Numbered from the stretch's first letter, positions 1 to 9,530 are shown. The stretch is 64,000 nt of DNA from Dehalococcoidia bacterium (GCA_041494685.1 JBGQBE010000004.1:1-64000); one strand, 5' to 3'. Notes: generated by a model from the letters alone, not told the origin. Made by a program: numbers and translations.

Positions 1-533
<533 letters not shown>

Positions 534-641
534 TCACTCACCGTAGTGAGTCGGATTCAACGGAGAACCCTCACCCGCACTTCTTCTTACCGCTATCCAA
601 TTGTTAAGGTGCCCCGCGCCACCCAGGCGGCACGGCGAACG

Positions 642-670
642 AGTCTAGCGCGGCGCCCCACACGTGTCAA
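642..670 (-). promoter_or_regulatory. sigma70-type rRNA promoter TTGACA-N17-TAGACT
   Basis: tgtcaa at 665-670 and agtcta at 642-647 on +. A boxA-like GCACCTTAACA lies downstream at about 602-612. Confidence 0.8.
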
Positions 671-716
671 CGCTTACGCGCTCACACGAGATGGATGCGC
701 CCACCCATCGTCGTCC

Positions 717-874
717 TGTTGACTTGGAAAACTCGCGCCCAGGTTAGCTGCGGTCCCTACCGTGGGTAGAGGTCGGGCTCTTCTGTACGCCCGTCCGGCG
801 TAGGAAAGACCCCGCCATCGCGGGGCCACCGGACTTGCGGGTCTCGCAGGACCCGTTGCCTTCGTGCGTCAACA
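717..874 (-). ncRNA. Putative 6S/Ms1-like structured RNA (about 158 nt)
   Basis: The ends pair (TGTTGAC/GTCAACA), followed by further helices GAAGGC/GTTTTC, CGGGT/ACCTG and CTGCG/CGCAG. There is an asymmetric central bubble with hairpins and an apical GTCCGG...CCCCGC-GATG-GCGGGG...CCGGAC stem. It has its own promoter. Confidence 0.5.
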
Positions 875-876
875 CT

Positions 877-905
877 ATGCTATCGATTCCCCCGCCCGAA
901 GTCAA
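877..905 (-). promoter_or_regulatory. Promoter TTGACT-N17-TAGCAT upstream of the putative ncRNA
   Basis: agtcaa at 900-905 and atgcta at 877-882 on +, with a 17-nt spacer. Confidence 0.65.
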
Positions 906-2254
906 GGACACCGCCGCCGCGCCGTCACCGCATATCCCTCGCCCGCGACCGCCTCCGCCGCGCCGAACGGCGTCCACAGCACCTCCGCGCCGCACGCGAT
1001 CACCGGTGCCGCGTCGCGCTCGCGCCGCGGCACCTTCCGGTCCACGTAGTAGTCCTGCAGCTTCTTGTGCCCCGCCATTCCGCGCGGCGCGATGCGGTCC
1101 CCCGCCCGCCGGCCGCGCACCACCGCCCCCGCCGGCAGCGCGACGACATCCGCCTCCGCGCCCGTCGGTGCAACCACTGTCCGCCGCACCGCGATCTCCC
1201 ACGCGCCGGCTGCGCCGGCGTACGGCACCGCCGCCTCGAACGACGCCTCGATCGCGGGCGCGCCCGGCTGCCCGCGCGACAGCACCATCACCTCCGCGTC
1301 CACGGTCAGCACCACACCGCGCGGCAGCGCGTACGCCGCGCCCGTGGCCCCGGCAGCGGCGCGCGCCATCAGCCCGTAGTGCCGACGGTCGAAGTCGCGT
1401 GCGTCGCCCAGCAGCCGCTGCAGCGCCAGCCGGTACGCGTACGGTGCCGCCGCGGCCGGCAGGCCGCGCAGCCCTTCTCGCCACAGTCGCACCTCGCCGG
1501 CGTCCGCGGCGGCCTCCAGCAGCGCCTTCGAGGCCACTGCTTCCAGCGCCGTCACCGCCGCCCGCGACTCCTCCGCCAGGTGCAGGATCGATGCCCGGGC
1601 GTCCGGCGCCATCGCCTCCAGGCGCGGCAGCAGCTCCAGCCGCACGCGATTCCGCAGCAGCGACGTATCCGCGTTCGTCTCGTCGTCTTCGAAGCTGATG
1701 CCGCGCGCCGCGCAGAAGCCGCGCGTCTCCGCCCGCGTCACCCCGAGGAGCGGCCGCAGCAGCGCCACGCCCGCAGCAGGCAGGGTGTCGAGCGCCCGCA
1801 TGCCGCGCAGCCCGGAGAGCCCCGCGCCGCGCAACGCGTGCAGCAGCACCGTCTCCACCTGGTCGTCCGACGTGTGCCCCGTCGCGATCGCCTGCGCGCC
1901 GCACCGCTGCGCTACCTCCCGCAGGAACGCGTAGCGAGCCTCGCGCGCCGCCGCCTCGCCCCGCCTGGGCGACGCCCACGAGCCCGACTCCAGCGCCAGC
2001 CCGTAGCGCGCGCACAGCGCTGCGACGGCCGCCGCGTCACGCGCCGCCGCCTCTTCCCCGCGCAGCCGGTGGTCGAAGTGCGCCGCCACGCTGCCGCGCG
2101 CCGCCAGTCCCGCCTCGCAGATCAGCGCCGCCATCGCGCACGAGTCCGCGCCGCCGGACACGGCCAGCAGCAGCCGCCCCGGCAGCAGTTCCGGCGCCTC
2201 CCGCCGTGCCAGGACGCCCACGCGCACCACCAGGGCGTCCGCATCGATGCTCAT
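902..2254 (-). CDS. tilS: tRNA(Ile)-lysidine synthetase
   Basis: PP-loop SGGADS; AREARY, TGHTSDDQVET, LRPLL and RNRVR motifs; C-terminal TilS domain (KKLQDYYVDRKVP). Confidence 0.95.
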   Translation of the reverse strand: MSIDADALVVRVGVLARREAPELLPGRLLLAVSGGADSCAMAALICEAGLAARGSVAAHFDHRLRGEEAAARDAAAVAALCARYGLALESGSWASPRRGEAAAREARYAFLREVAQRCGAQAIATGHTSDDQVETVLLHALRGAGLSGLRGMRALDTLPAAGVALLRPLLGVTRAETRGFCAARGISFEDDETNADTSLLRNRVRLELLPRLEAMAPDARASILHLAEESRAAVTALEAVASKALLEAAADAGEVRLWREGLRGLPAAAAPYAYRLALQRLLGDARDFDRRHYGLMARAAAGATGAAYALPRGVVLTVDAEVMVLSRGQPGAPAIEASFEAAVPYAGAAGAWEIAVRRTVVAPTGAEADVVALPAGAVVRGRRAGDRIAPRGMAGHKKLQDYYVDRKVPRRERDAAPVIACGAEVLWTPFGAAEAVAGEGYAVTARRRCP

Positions 2255-2406
2255 GCGCCCATCGTACGGGAAGCCGGCCGCGCGACGCGAGAAGCGGGAT
2301 ATGTCATGGGTGCCGCTCTCATCTCCTCCCGCCTCGTACTCCCACGCAGGCCCCCTCCAGATCCGCGCGCCCGCGCCGATGTTGTCTTCGAGGTAGCCGG
2401 AAACCC

Positions 2407-2913
2407 ATGCGAACCCTGCTTACAGGCGTATTCGTCTTCATCCTGCTCGCCGGCGGCATCGCCGGTGGCTGGGTCGCGATGAACTACTACAACCCCGGCA
2501 ACGTGGGCACGCCGGCGCACGCCGGCGCCCTCTCCAACGGCCAGTTGCAGGACTGCACCAACGTCAACTTCAGCGTCAAGCCGCGCTCCACCACGCGCCG
2601 CACGATTACACTCCAGGCGGGCAACCTGCTGCGCGGCACGTACGAGGCCGACGGCGGCTTCGGACGCGTCGACATCATGATGCGCGTCGAGTCGCCGCAG
2701 GGCGACGTCCTGCTCACGGGACCTCGCGCGGCGAACTACGACTTCAGCATCCCGGCGAAGATCAACGGCGACTACGTGGTGATCTTCGATAACCGCTACT
2801 CGCTCTACACCGCCAAGTCGATCGGCCTCTTCACCTGCATCGACACCGGGCGCTCGCCCGTGCCGATCACGCCGTTCTTCCCCCGGCCGACGGCCCCCGA
2901 CGCCGCGCGGTAG
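2407..2913 (+). CDS. Membrane-anchored hypothetical protein with a GOLD/emp24-like beta domain
   Basis: N-terminal TM (MRTLLTGVFVFILLAGG) and a GDYVVIFDNRYSLYTAKSI motif resembling GOLD domains. Start trimmed from ORF 2206. Confidence 0.6.
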   Translation: MRTLLTGVFVFILLAGGIAGGWVAMNYYNPGNVGTPAHAGALSNGQLQDCTNVNFSVKPRSTTRRTITLQAGNLLRGTYEADGGFGRVDIMMRVESPQGDVLLTGPRAANYDFSIPAKINGDYVVIFDNRYSLYTAKSIGLFTCIDTGRSPVPITPFFPRPTAPDAAR

Positions 2914-2996
2914 GCCGGGCACTCCGCGCACGCAGAGAAGGCGCCCATCGGCGCCATCGTCATCGTCTGCCCGGGTGAGTCGCGGCGCGTCCGTCC

Positions 2997-3737
2997 CTAC
3001 TTCACGCGCACCGTCTTCAGGTCGTCGGCGATGAGGATGCCCGCGTCCGTGATCCGCTTCGGCGCTTCGCCCGCGCCGATGTGCGTCAGCACGAACTTCG
3101 TCGCCGGTGCGATGTCGGCGCGCAGGCGCAAGATGTCGTTCGGGTTCAGATGCGGCCCGCAGTTCTCGCCCCAGCACGAGCACTCGCAGACGAAGACGTC
3201 GGTGCCGTCCGCCAGCGGCGCCAGCGCGTCGCACATCATCGTGTCGCCCGAATACGCCAGCGAGCCCATCTCGCCCTCGACGCGGTACGCGTAGCACTCC
3301 AGCCCTGGCACGTGCGGCACCTCGCGCGAGAGGAAGCCCAGGTCGCCCGCGCTGCCGCTCAGCTTCTCGCCGGCCTCGACGAAGCGCAGCGGGTAGCCGC
3401 GGTCCTTCTTGCGGAAGACGTTGGAGAACGCCAGGTCCGTCACCGTCTCCACCCGCTTGGCGATGCCGGGCGGCCCGACGATGGTCAGCGGCTTCGTCCG
3501 CGGCGCAAGCTCCGCGTACTCCAGCAGCAGGAACGGCAGCCCGAAGAAGTGGTCGCCGTGGAAGTGGCTGATGAAGATCACCTCCAGGTCGCCGGGGTTG
3601 ATCTGGAGGCGCTTCAGGTGCGCGAGCAGTGTCGGCGGCGCGTCGAACAGGTACTTCCCGTTCGCGATGAACGAACTCCAGTAGCGCGTCGGTGCGAAGG
3701 CGTTGCCGGTGCCGAGAAATGTCAGGTCGAGCGTCAT
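2997..3737 (-). CDS. MBL-fold metallo-hydrolase (RNase Z-like)
   Basis: LTFLGTG, SHFHGDH, YSGDT and LTH motifs. Confidence 0.88.
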   Translation of the reverse strand: MTLDLTFLGTGNAFAPTRYWSSFIANGKYLFDAPPTLLAHLKRLQINPGDLEVIFISHFHGDHFFGLPFLLLEYAELAPRTKPLTIVGPPGIAKRVETVTDLAFSNVFRKKDRGYPLRFVEAGEKLSGSAGDLGFLSREVPHVPGLECYAYRVEGEMGSLAYSGDTMMCDALAPLADGTDVFVCECSCWGENCGPHLNPNDILRLRADIAPATKFVLTHIGAGEAPKRITDAGILIADDLKTVRVK

Positions 3738-3746
3738 GATCCTCGC

Positions 3747-4427
3747 CTACGCCGCCACGTACGCCGCGTAGACGCCGTCCAGGAACCCCCACAACGCGTC
3801 CGCGCACTCGCGCCCGGACGCCAGCACCGCCTCGCGCGACGCCTCATCCGCCGCGTGCCGCCGCACCATCCCCGCGCCCACATCGGCGTGGATCTCGTCC
3901 GCGCCGATGTGCACCTCGAAGAACTCCAGCGAGCGCGCGTCGTCGATGCCGTAGAACCGCTTGAGGCCGGCGATCTTCGTCTTCGCCACCTCCGGCACCT
4001 GCGACTCGTACACGTAGAGCGCCGCGCACGCCTCGGCGAACGAGCGGCGCCCCGTCACCTCGCGGTACAGCTCGACCAGGCGCTCCGTCCGCGGCAGCGG
4101 CGTCGCGTGCTCCACGTCCGCGCGCGCCGCGCCGACGCCCTCGGCGAAGCGCAGCCACAACTCCGGGTGGTTGTGGTCGCCGCGCTCCTCTTCGATCAGG
4201 TTCTCCAGCAACTCCTGCCGCTCGCCCTGCGTCGGGCAGATGGCGTGGGCCGCGCTCACGTACTGGGGGAACGCCAGCACGTGATAGTAGTACTGCTCGG
4301 CGTAGCCGCGCAGGTGCTCCTGCGTCAGCGCGCCCTGCTGCCACGCCTGGTAGAACGGGTGCTTGAGCAGGCTCCGCTCCTCGATCAGCTCCCGCAGTTC
4401 GTCGACGACGTCGCGTGTGGCGACCAT
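3747..4427 (-). CDS. CADD-family heme-oxygenase-like dimetal oxidase (putative self-sacrificing pABA synthase; PqqC-like fold)
   Basis: LLKHPFY.AW..G.L, YY.HV.AFP.Y, ENLIEEE...NHPELW, YESQVPEVAKTKIAGL and FFEVH..ADE.H motifs. Confidence 0.85.
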   Translation of the reverse strand: MVATRDVVDELRELIEERSLLKHPFYQAWQQGALTQEHLRGYAEQYYYHVLAFPQYVSAAHAICPTQGERQELLENLIEEERGDHNHPELWLRFAEGVGAARADVEHATPLPRTERLVELYREVTGRRSFAEACAALYVYESQVPEVAKTKIAGLKRFYGIDDARSLEFFEVHIGADEIHADVGAGMVRRHAADEASREAVLASGRECADALWGFLDGVYAAYVAA

Positions 4428-4512
4428 GCTCGCGCTCCTCGCTTGCCCTCCCCATCCGGGGGCCCGGTGGACAGCGGAGTTATAGCAGGCCGATTCTTGA
4501 TGGGGTAGCGGC
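4321..4512. repeat. Direct repeat A, copy 1 (CADD 5' end plus upstream region)
   Basis: 192 bp; about 10 mismatches to 6890-7081 by hand count. Confidence 0.95.
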
Positions 4513-4520
4513 CGGGGGCG

Positions 4521-4553
4521 AAGAAAAGGGGTCGCCGCGGCGACCCCCCTCTC
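4521..4553 (-). terminator. Intrinsic terminator after the large surface-protein gene A
   Basis: GGGGTCGC-CGCG-GCGACCCC hairpin followed by TTTTCTT on -. Confidence 0.75.
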
Positions 4554-4572
4554 TCACGCAACTAACCTGGCG

Positions 4573-6573
4573 TTAACTGACCACGATCTGCGTCGTCGTC
4601 GTCGCCGTCACGCCTCCGGTGTTGCTTGTCGCCGTAATCGTGTACGTGCCTGCGGTGACGATCTTGCACCCGGTGAGGGTAGTCACGCCGGCGGACACGG
4701 TATTCACCAGATTACCCGTACTCGTGCAAGACAGCGTGCCCGGACCGCCCGAAACCACGTTCAGCGACAGCGTGACGGTGCTGGCGCTGTCCGTCGTGAC
4801 CACATTACCACCGGCATCCTCGACCTTGATGACCGGTTGCGTGACAAACGCTACGTTAGTGGTCGCCGTGCCGCTTGGCTGCGTCGTGATGACGAGCTGT
4901 GACGCCGCGCCCAGCGTGATGTTGAATGCGCTGCTCGTGGCCACGGTCAGCGCTCCGCTCGTCGCCGTCACCGTGTACCCCGTGCCGATCTTGTCGATCT
5001 TGCACCCGGCGAACGTCGCCACGCCGAGGACGACGGTCTTGGGGTTCGCCGTACACGTCAGGACGCCGCCCGGGCCTGCGTTGTTCAGGATGGCCAGCGT
5101 GACAGTCGACGCGTTGTCCGTCGTCACGGTGTTCCCGCCGGCGTCCTGGATCGCCGCCACCGGCTGCGTGCCCCACGCCGTGCCACCCGTGCCGCCGCCC
5201 GGCTGCGTCGTGAACCCAACCTTCGCCGCCGCGCCCAGCGTCACGTTGAACGCCGCGCTCGTGCCCACGGTCAGCGCTCCGCTCGTCGCGGTCACCGTGT
5301 ACCCCGTGCCGATCTTGTCGATCTTGCACCCCGCGAACGTCGCCACGCCGGCGACGACCGTCACCGGGTTCGTCGTACACGCCAGCACGCCGCCCGGGCC
5401 CGCGTTGTTCCCGATCGCCAGCGTCACCGTCGACGCGTTGTCCGTCGTCACCGTGTTCCCGCCGGCGTCCTTTATCGCCGCCACCGGCTGCGTGCCCCAC
5501 GCCGTGCCGCCCGTGCCGCCGCCCGGCTGCGTCGTGAACACGACCTGCGACGCCGCGCCGAGCGTGATGTTGAACGCGTTGCTCGTCGCGCTTGCGAGCC
5601 CCGCGCTCGAAGCCGTCAGTGTATACCCCGTGCCGATCTTGTCGATCTTGCACCCCGTGAACGTCGCCAGGCCGTTCACCGCGGCCACCGTCAACGTGCT
5701 CGTACACGTCAGCACGCCGCCCGGGCCCGCGTTGTTCCCGATCCCCAGCGTCACCGGCCGCGTGCTCGACGTCACCGTCGCGCCCGAGGCGTCCTGGATC
5801 GCCACTACGATGCTCGCCATCGCCGTGGCGGACGTGGTGGAAGCCGGCGGCTGTACGGTGAAGCCCACCTTCGCCGGCGGATCCGGCGGCCCGAGCACAA
5901 CCTGGACAGGGTTCCCCAGGCTCGAACTCGGCGCCGTCGGCACGCCCGCCTTCAGGCCGTCCACGTACAGGTCGACACGATCCGCCGACTCATTCGCGTC
6001 CGGCACCAGCACGGTCACCGAGAAGGTGTTCGACGCGCCCGGGCCCAGATTCGCCAGTGCGCCCGTGCCCACCGCCATCACGTTGCCCGCGGCCGAGTAC
6101 GCCACCGCGCAGACAATCGGTGATTCCAGTGTCGTCGCGTCGGCGTTCGTGACCGTCCCCGCCGCCGTCAATGCCATCTTCGCCCGCTTGGCGGTCACGC
6201 CCGAGAACGTCGCCGATCCCGCTGCCGTCTTGCCGAGTTTCAGCGTGTTGTCCAGCGCCACGCGCGCCAGCCCCGCTGTCACCTGCGCCGCCGCGACGGT
6301 GCTGGTCGCCGAGAAGAAGTCCACGCCGCCGGCCGGCAGTGACCGCAGACACGGCGTCACCGTCTGCGTCTCCAGCACGCTGCCGCCGGCATCGACGAAC
6401 GCCACGACGAAGTTGTGCTGGAGCACGTTCGCCTCGGTGCCGTTATGGACCTCTCCGGCGAAGATCTTACTGTTGCCCACCGTCGTGAGCGAAAGGTGTT
6501 GGAACGTACATGTGCCGGCAAACCCCATCAGGCCGGCGATGAACAGCCCCGCGATGACGGCCTTCTTCTTCAT
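4573..6573 (-). CDS. Secreted Ig-like repeat surface protein A (two FxLYD-like domains plus about four 108-aa Cys-paired repeats)
   Basis: AAGGAGGT RBS, signal peptide MKKKAVIAGLFIAGLMGFAG, Thr/Gly/Ala-rich, repeats FTTQP...AIQDAGGNTV...LTC...FAGCKIDKIGTGYT. Confidence 0.8.
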   Translation of the reverse strand: MKKKAVIAGLFIAGLMGFAGTCTFQHLSLTTVGNSKIFAGEVHNGTEANVLQHNFVVAFVDAGGSVLETQTVTPCLRSLPAGGVDFFSATSTVAAAQVTAGLARVALDNTLKLGKTAAGSATFSGVTAKRAKMALTAAGTVTNADATTLESPIVCAVAYSAAGNVMAVGTGALANLGPGASNTFSVTVLVPDANESADRVDLYVDGLKAGVPTAPSSSLGNPVQVVLGPPDPPAKVGFTVQPPASTTSATAMASIVVAIQDASGATVTSSTRPVTLGIGNNAGPGGVLTCTSTLTVAAVNGLATFTGCKIDKIGTGYTLTASSAGLASATSNAFNITLGAASQVVFTTQPGGGTGGTAWGTQPVAAIKDAGGNTVTTDNASTVTLAIGNNAGPGGVLACTTNPVTVVAGVATFAGCKIDKIGTGYTVTATSGALTVGTSAAFNVTLGAAAKVGFTTQPGGGTGGTAWGTQPVAAIQDAGGNTVTTDNASTVTLAILNNAGPGGVLTCTANPKTVVLGVATFAGCKIDKIGTGYTVTATSGALTVATSSAFNITLGAASQLVITTQPSGTATTNVAFVTQPVIKVEDAGGNVVTTDSASTVTLSLNVVSGGPGTLSCTSTGNLVNTVSAGVTTLTGCKIVTAGTYTITATSNTGGVTATTTTQIVVS
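4880..5870. repeat. Intragenic tandem repeats with a 324-bp period
   Basis: accccgtgccgatcttgtcgatcttgcacc recurs at 4977, 5301 and 5625. Outer limits are approximate. Confidence 0.9.
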
Positions 6574-6840
6574 GCTCCGTACCTCCTTGCACGGCATGGG
6601 CCGCTCGCTGTGCGGTCCACGGCGTCTGCCACGATCCCTCGTTACGCCTGCAATCCCTGGGCGGTGGTGCAGCTCTCACCCGCGAGTGTCCCTGGGCCTT
6701 CGTCGGTCCCGCCCGATCGTCGGCACCGGGCTCCAGTTCCCGCGCGATGTTAACACGCCGACTGGGCGGTGGCGCGATCCATCTATTAGGAAGATCCAAC
6801 AGCTAGGAAGATTCAACAGCGCGAGTAACGCTGTATTCCT

Positions 6841-6996
6841 CTACTCGTGGATCGGTTCTTCCTCTGCCGATGGATTGGTCAACACCGAATGCGTCAGCGC
6901 GCCCTGCTGCCACGCCTGGTAAAACGGGTGCTTGAGCAGGCTCCGCTCCTCGATCAGTTCCCGCAGTTCGTCGACGATGTCGCGTGTGGCGACCAT
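6841..6996 (-). pseudogene. Truncated CADD copy (51-aa ORF; first 35 codons are CADD-derived)
   Basis: Translates as MVATRDIVDELRELIEERSLLKHPFYQAWQQGALT-HSVLTNPSAEEEPIHE*. The RBS is retained. Confidence 0.85.
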
Positions 6997-7081
6997 GCTC
7001 GCGCTCCTCGCTTGCCCTCCCCGTCCGGGGGCCCGGTGGACAGCGGAGTCATAGCAGGCCGATCTGCGACGGGGTAGCGGC
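6890..7081. repeat. Direct repeat A, copy 2
   Basis: Matches 4321-4512 at an offset of 2569. Confidence 0.95.
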
Positions 7082-7101
7082 GCTGCTGGAGGCGAGACGC
7101 A

Positions 7102-7136
7102 CGAAGAGGGGGCCGCAGGATGCGGCCCCCTCTTCG
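7102..7136 (-). terminator. Hairpin terminator after surface-protein gene B
   Basis: 16-bp perfect stem CGAAGAGGGGGCCGCA-GGA-TGCGGCCCCCTCTTCG. Confidence 0.75.
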
Positions 7137-7156
7137 GTTATGTCAGGCGATCGAAG

Positions 7157-8872
7157 TTAAGGACTGACCACGATGTTGCCGGTTGTCACGGACGTCAGGT
7201 TTGTCCCTGACGCGGTGATGGTATACGTCCCTGCGCCGGTGATCTTACAGCCCGCGAAGGTGACAATGCCCGAGGCTGCGGTCATCGGGTTCGTGGTACA
7301 GGCGAGCACGCCGGGACCACCGCTGATCGCGGCACTGAGCGTTAGCGTGATCGCCGTCGTGCTGTCGCCGGTCACGGTCGTCCCGTCACCATTCCGCAGC
7401 GTGATGATCGGCTGCTGGGCGAAGTTCACGCCGGACGCGGGGCTTGAACTCGGCGCGGTGGTGAATACGATCACAGGCATGATATTGAAAGCGTTTCCGG
7501 CAGGGGCGTTGAGCAACCCGTCCACCGCCGCCAACGCCTCGCTTCCGACCTTGCTGCTGCTGCAGCCGCTGAAGGTCGCGATGCCGCCGCTGACCACGCG
7601 TGAGTTCGACGTCGTGCATGTCAGCACTCCGCCGCCAGGGTTCGTGCCCAGCGACAGCGTGACGGTAGTGGAATTGTCGTTCCACACCACCACGCCGTCG
7701 GAGTCGACCAGTTTGAGGATGGGCTGGCTCCCTGCTGTCCACGCCGCACCGGACGTGAAGCTGCTCGCGGCGGCCGGTTGCTGCACCCAGGCGAGACCCG
7801 TCGCGGCCCCCGGCGTTACATTGAACGAGTTGCTAAAAGCGGTGCTCAGTCCCCCCGAGACCGCCTTTAGGACGTATCCAACGCCGCCCAAGTTGATCTG
7901 GCACGGCGTGAAGGTTGCGACACCGTTCACCGCGGATATCATCAGTGTGCTGGTCGGACAGGTCAGCGCGGCACCCCCTGATCCCGTACCAGAATCGATC
8001 GACAGCGTCACGCTCGCCGTGCTACCGGTCACGGTCAACCCGTTCGCATCCTGGATCGCGACCTGCACGCCGCCGAAGGACGTCGCACGTGTCGCCGTGC
8101 CGAGCGTCGTCACGAAGCCGAGCTTCACCGCGGCGCCGGGTGTGGCGGTCGACGTGGCCGTGGCTACGGGGGTCTGCGTGCCGACGACGATGGCGTTGCC
8201 CGTGGCCGTGATCGGCAGGATCGGCACGTTGTTCCTGAGGCCGTCGACGTAGATGTCGACGCGGGAGACGGTCGTCGTCGAGTCAGGCACGGTGATCGTC
8301 ATGGGGAAGGTGTCGCTGGCATTCTGCGCCAGGTCGACCATCGTTTGGTCAAGCTTGACAACCACCACATTGCCCGAACTGTTGTAGACGACGGCACAGG
8401 CGTTGGGCTCCGTGAGCGTCGTGCTGTCCAGGTTCTTGAACGTCCCGTTCACCAGCAGACTCGTGCCGTTGCGGGTCACGGTCAGGCCGGTGATCGTGCC
8501 GGAGCCGGTGGCCGGGGGGCCGACCTTGAACGTCGAGTCAAGGTTGATGCGGGCGAGTCCCGTCTGCGTCTGCACGGCCGGGTAGTTGCTGGTGGCGGAG
8601 AAGTAGTTGGCCCCGCCGCTCGGCAGCGTGCGCAGGCACGGCTGCACGATCTGCGTCTCCAGCAGGTTGTTGCTGCCGTCGAGGAAGGCGACCGCCATGT
8701 TGTGCTGGAGGATGCCGACGCCGCTGTCGTTGTGGATCTCGCCGGCGAAGACGTCGTTGCTGCCGATGGTCGTCAGTGAGATGCGCTGGATGGTGCACGT
8801 GCCGGCGAACGCGGCCAAGCCCGCGATCACGAGTCCGGCTGCCAGCAGTCTCTTCGTGAGCAATCGCTTCAA
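7157..8872 (-). CDS. Secreted Ig-like repeat surface protein B, paralog of 4573-6573
   Basis: AAGGAGGT RBS and TTG start. Shares FAGTCT, FAGEIHN, LQHN, PCLR, YFSATS and VD.YVDGL with protein A, and has about three Cys-paired repeats. Confidence 0.8.
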   Translation of the reverse strand: MKRLLTKRLLAAGLVIAGLAAFAGTCTIQRISLTTIGSNDVFAGEIHNDSGVGILQHNMAVAFLDGSNNLLETQIVQPCLRTLPSGGANYFSATSNYPAVQTQTGLARINLDSTFKVGPPATGSGTITGLTVTRNGTSLLVNGTFKNLDSTTLTEPNACAVVYNSSGNVVVVKLDQTMVDLAQNASDTFPMTITVPDSTTTVSRVDIYVDGLRNNVPILPITATGNAIVVGTQTPVATATSTATPGAAVKLGFVTTLGTATRATSFGGVQVAIQDANGLTVTGSTASVTLSIDSGTGSGGAALTCPTSTLMISAVNGVATFTPCQINLGGVGYVLKAVSGGLSTAFSNSFNVTPGAATGLAWVQQPAAASSFTSGAAWTAGSQPILKLVDSDGVVVWNDNSTTVTLSLGTNPGGGVLTCTTSNSRVVSGGIATFSGCSSSKVGSEALAAVDGLLNAPAGNAFNIMPVIVFTTAPSSSPASGVNFAQQPIITLRNGDGTTVTGDSTTAITLTLSAAISGGPGVLACTTNPMTAASGIVTFAGCKITGAGTYTITASGTNLTSVTTGNIVVSP

Positions 8873-8998
8873 AACATACCTCCTTGTACGTGGCTCTGGG
8901 CGCGGCCTGCGCCCGTTCAGGGTACCAGTCTATCAGCTAGAACGATCGATAACGCGTAAAGGTTAACCGTTCGTCTGCATGATCTTTCCGCCGCCGCG

Positions 8999-9385
8999 TC
9001 ATGCCTGCGCGGCGGCGAACCGGTCGATGTCGATGAGCGCGCGCTCGTGCACGCCCTCGCCGATCTTGACGCCGTCCTCGTTGATGACCTCCACGTCGAA
9101 GACATACCGGCGGCCGTTCACTTCCCGCAGCCGCACCTTCGCCGTCACCTGCTTGCCGATCTTCGTGGGCGCCACGTGCCGCACATCGACCCGGTAGCCC
9201 ACCGACTGCTCGCCGGGCTCCACATAGCGGCCGATGAGCTGCAAACACGTCCCCTCGATCAGCTGGATCATGGACGGCGTGGAGTACATCGACGGTACGT
9301 TCGGCCCCAGGTGCGTGATGCCCATCTCCGGCGTCGTGGTGATGGTCATCCGCTCCTCGACCCCGGGGTCGAACCCTGTTCTCAA
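8999..9385 (-). CDS. FlK-like hotdog-fold thioesterase
   Basis: YSTPSMIQLIEGTC, SVGYRVDVRHVAPT and IGEGVHER motifs. TTG start follows AAAGGAG. Confidence 0.85.
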   Translation of the reverse strand: MRTGFDPGVEERMTITTTPEMGITHLGPNVPSMYSTPSMIQLIEGTCLQLIGRYVEPGEQSVGYRVDVRHVAPTKIGKQVTAKVRLREVNGRRYVFDVEVINEDGVKIGEGVHERALIDIDRFAAAQA

Positions 9386-9530
9386 CGGCGGCTCCTTTCT
9401 GCACCCTGCCGTTGGCCATGCTATCACAGCCGATCTACCGTCAACACGTCGCGGATCGGCCCTTTTTCGAGGGCCGAATCACCGTTTTATCGTGAATCTG
9501 AGCGTATGCTAAACTGGCGGCCGAGGTCCC

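Noticed and set aside
2997..4427. pqqB-pqqC (PQQ biosynthesis)
   Set aside because: No pqqA, pqqD or pqqE nearby. The HO-like protein has CADD metal ligands, and the MBL has a standard HxHxDH motif.
4880..5870. CRISPR array or other repeat-spacer array
   Set aside because: The repeats are in-frame protein-domain repeats. No repeat-spacer array or cas genes were seen anywhere in the window.
9371..9381. GAAC-CCT-GTTC as a LexA box
   Set aside because: The spacer is 3 nt rather than 4, and it lies inside a CDS.
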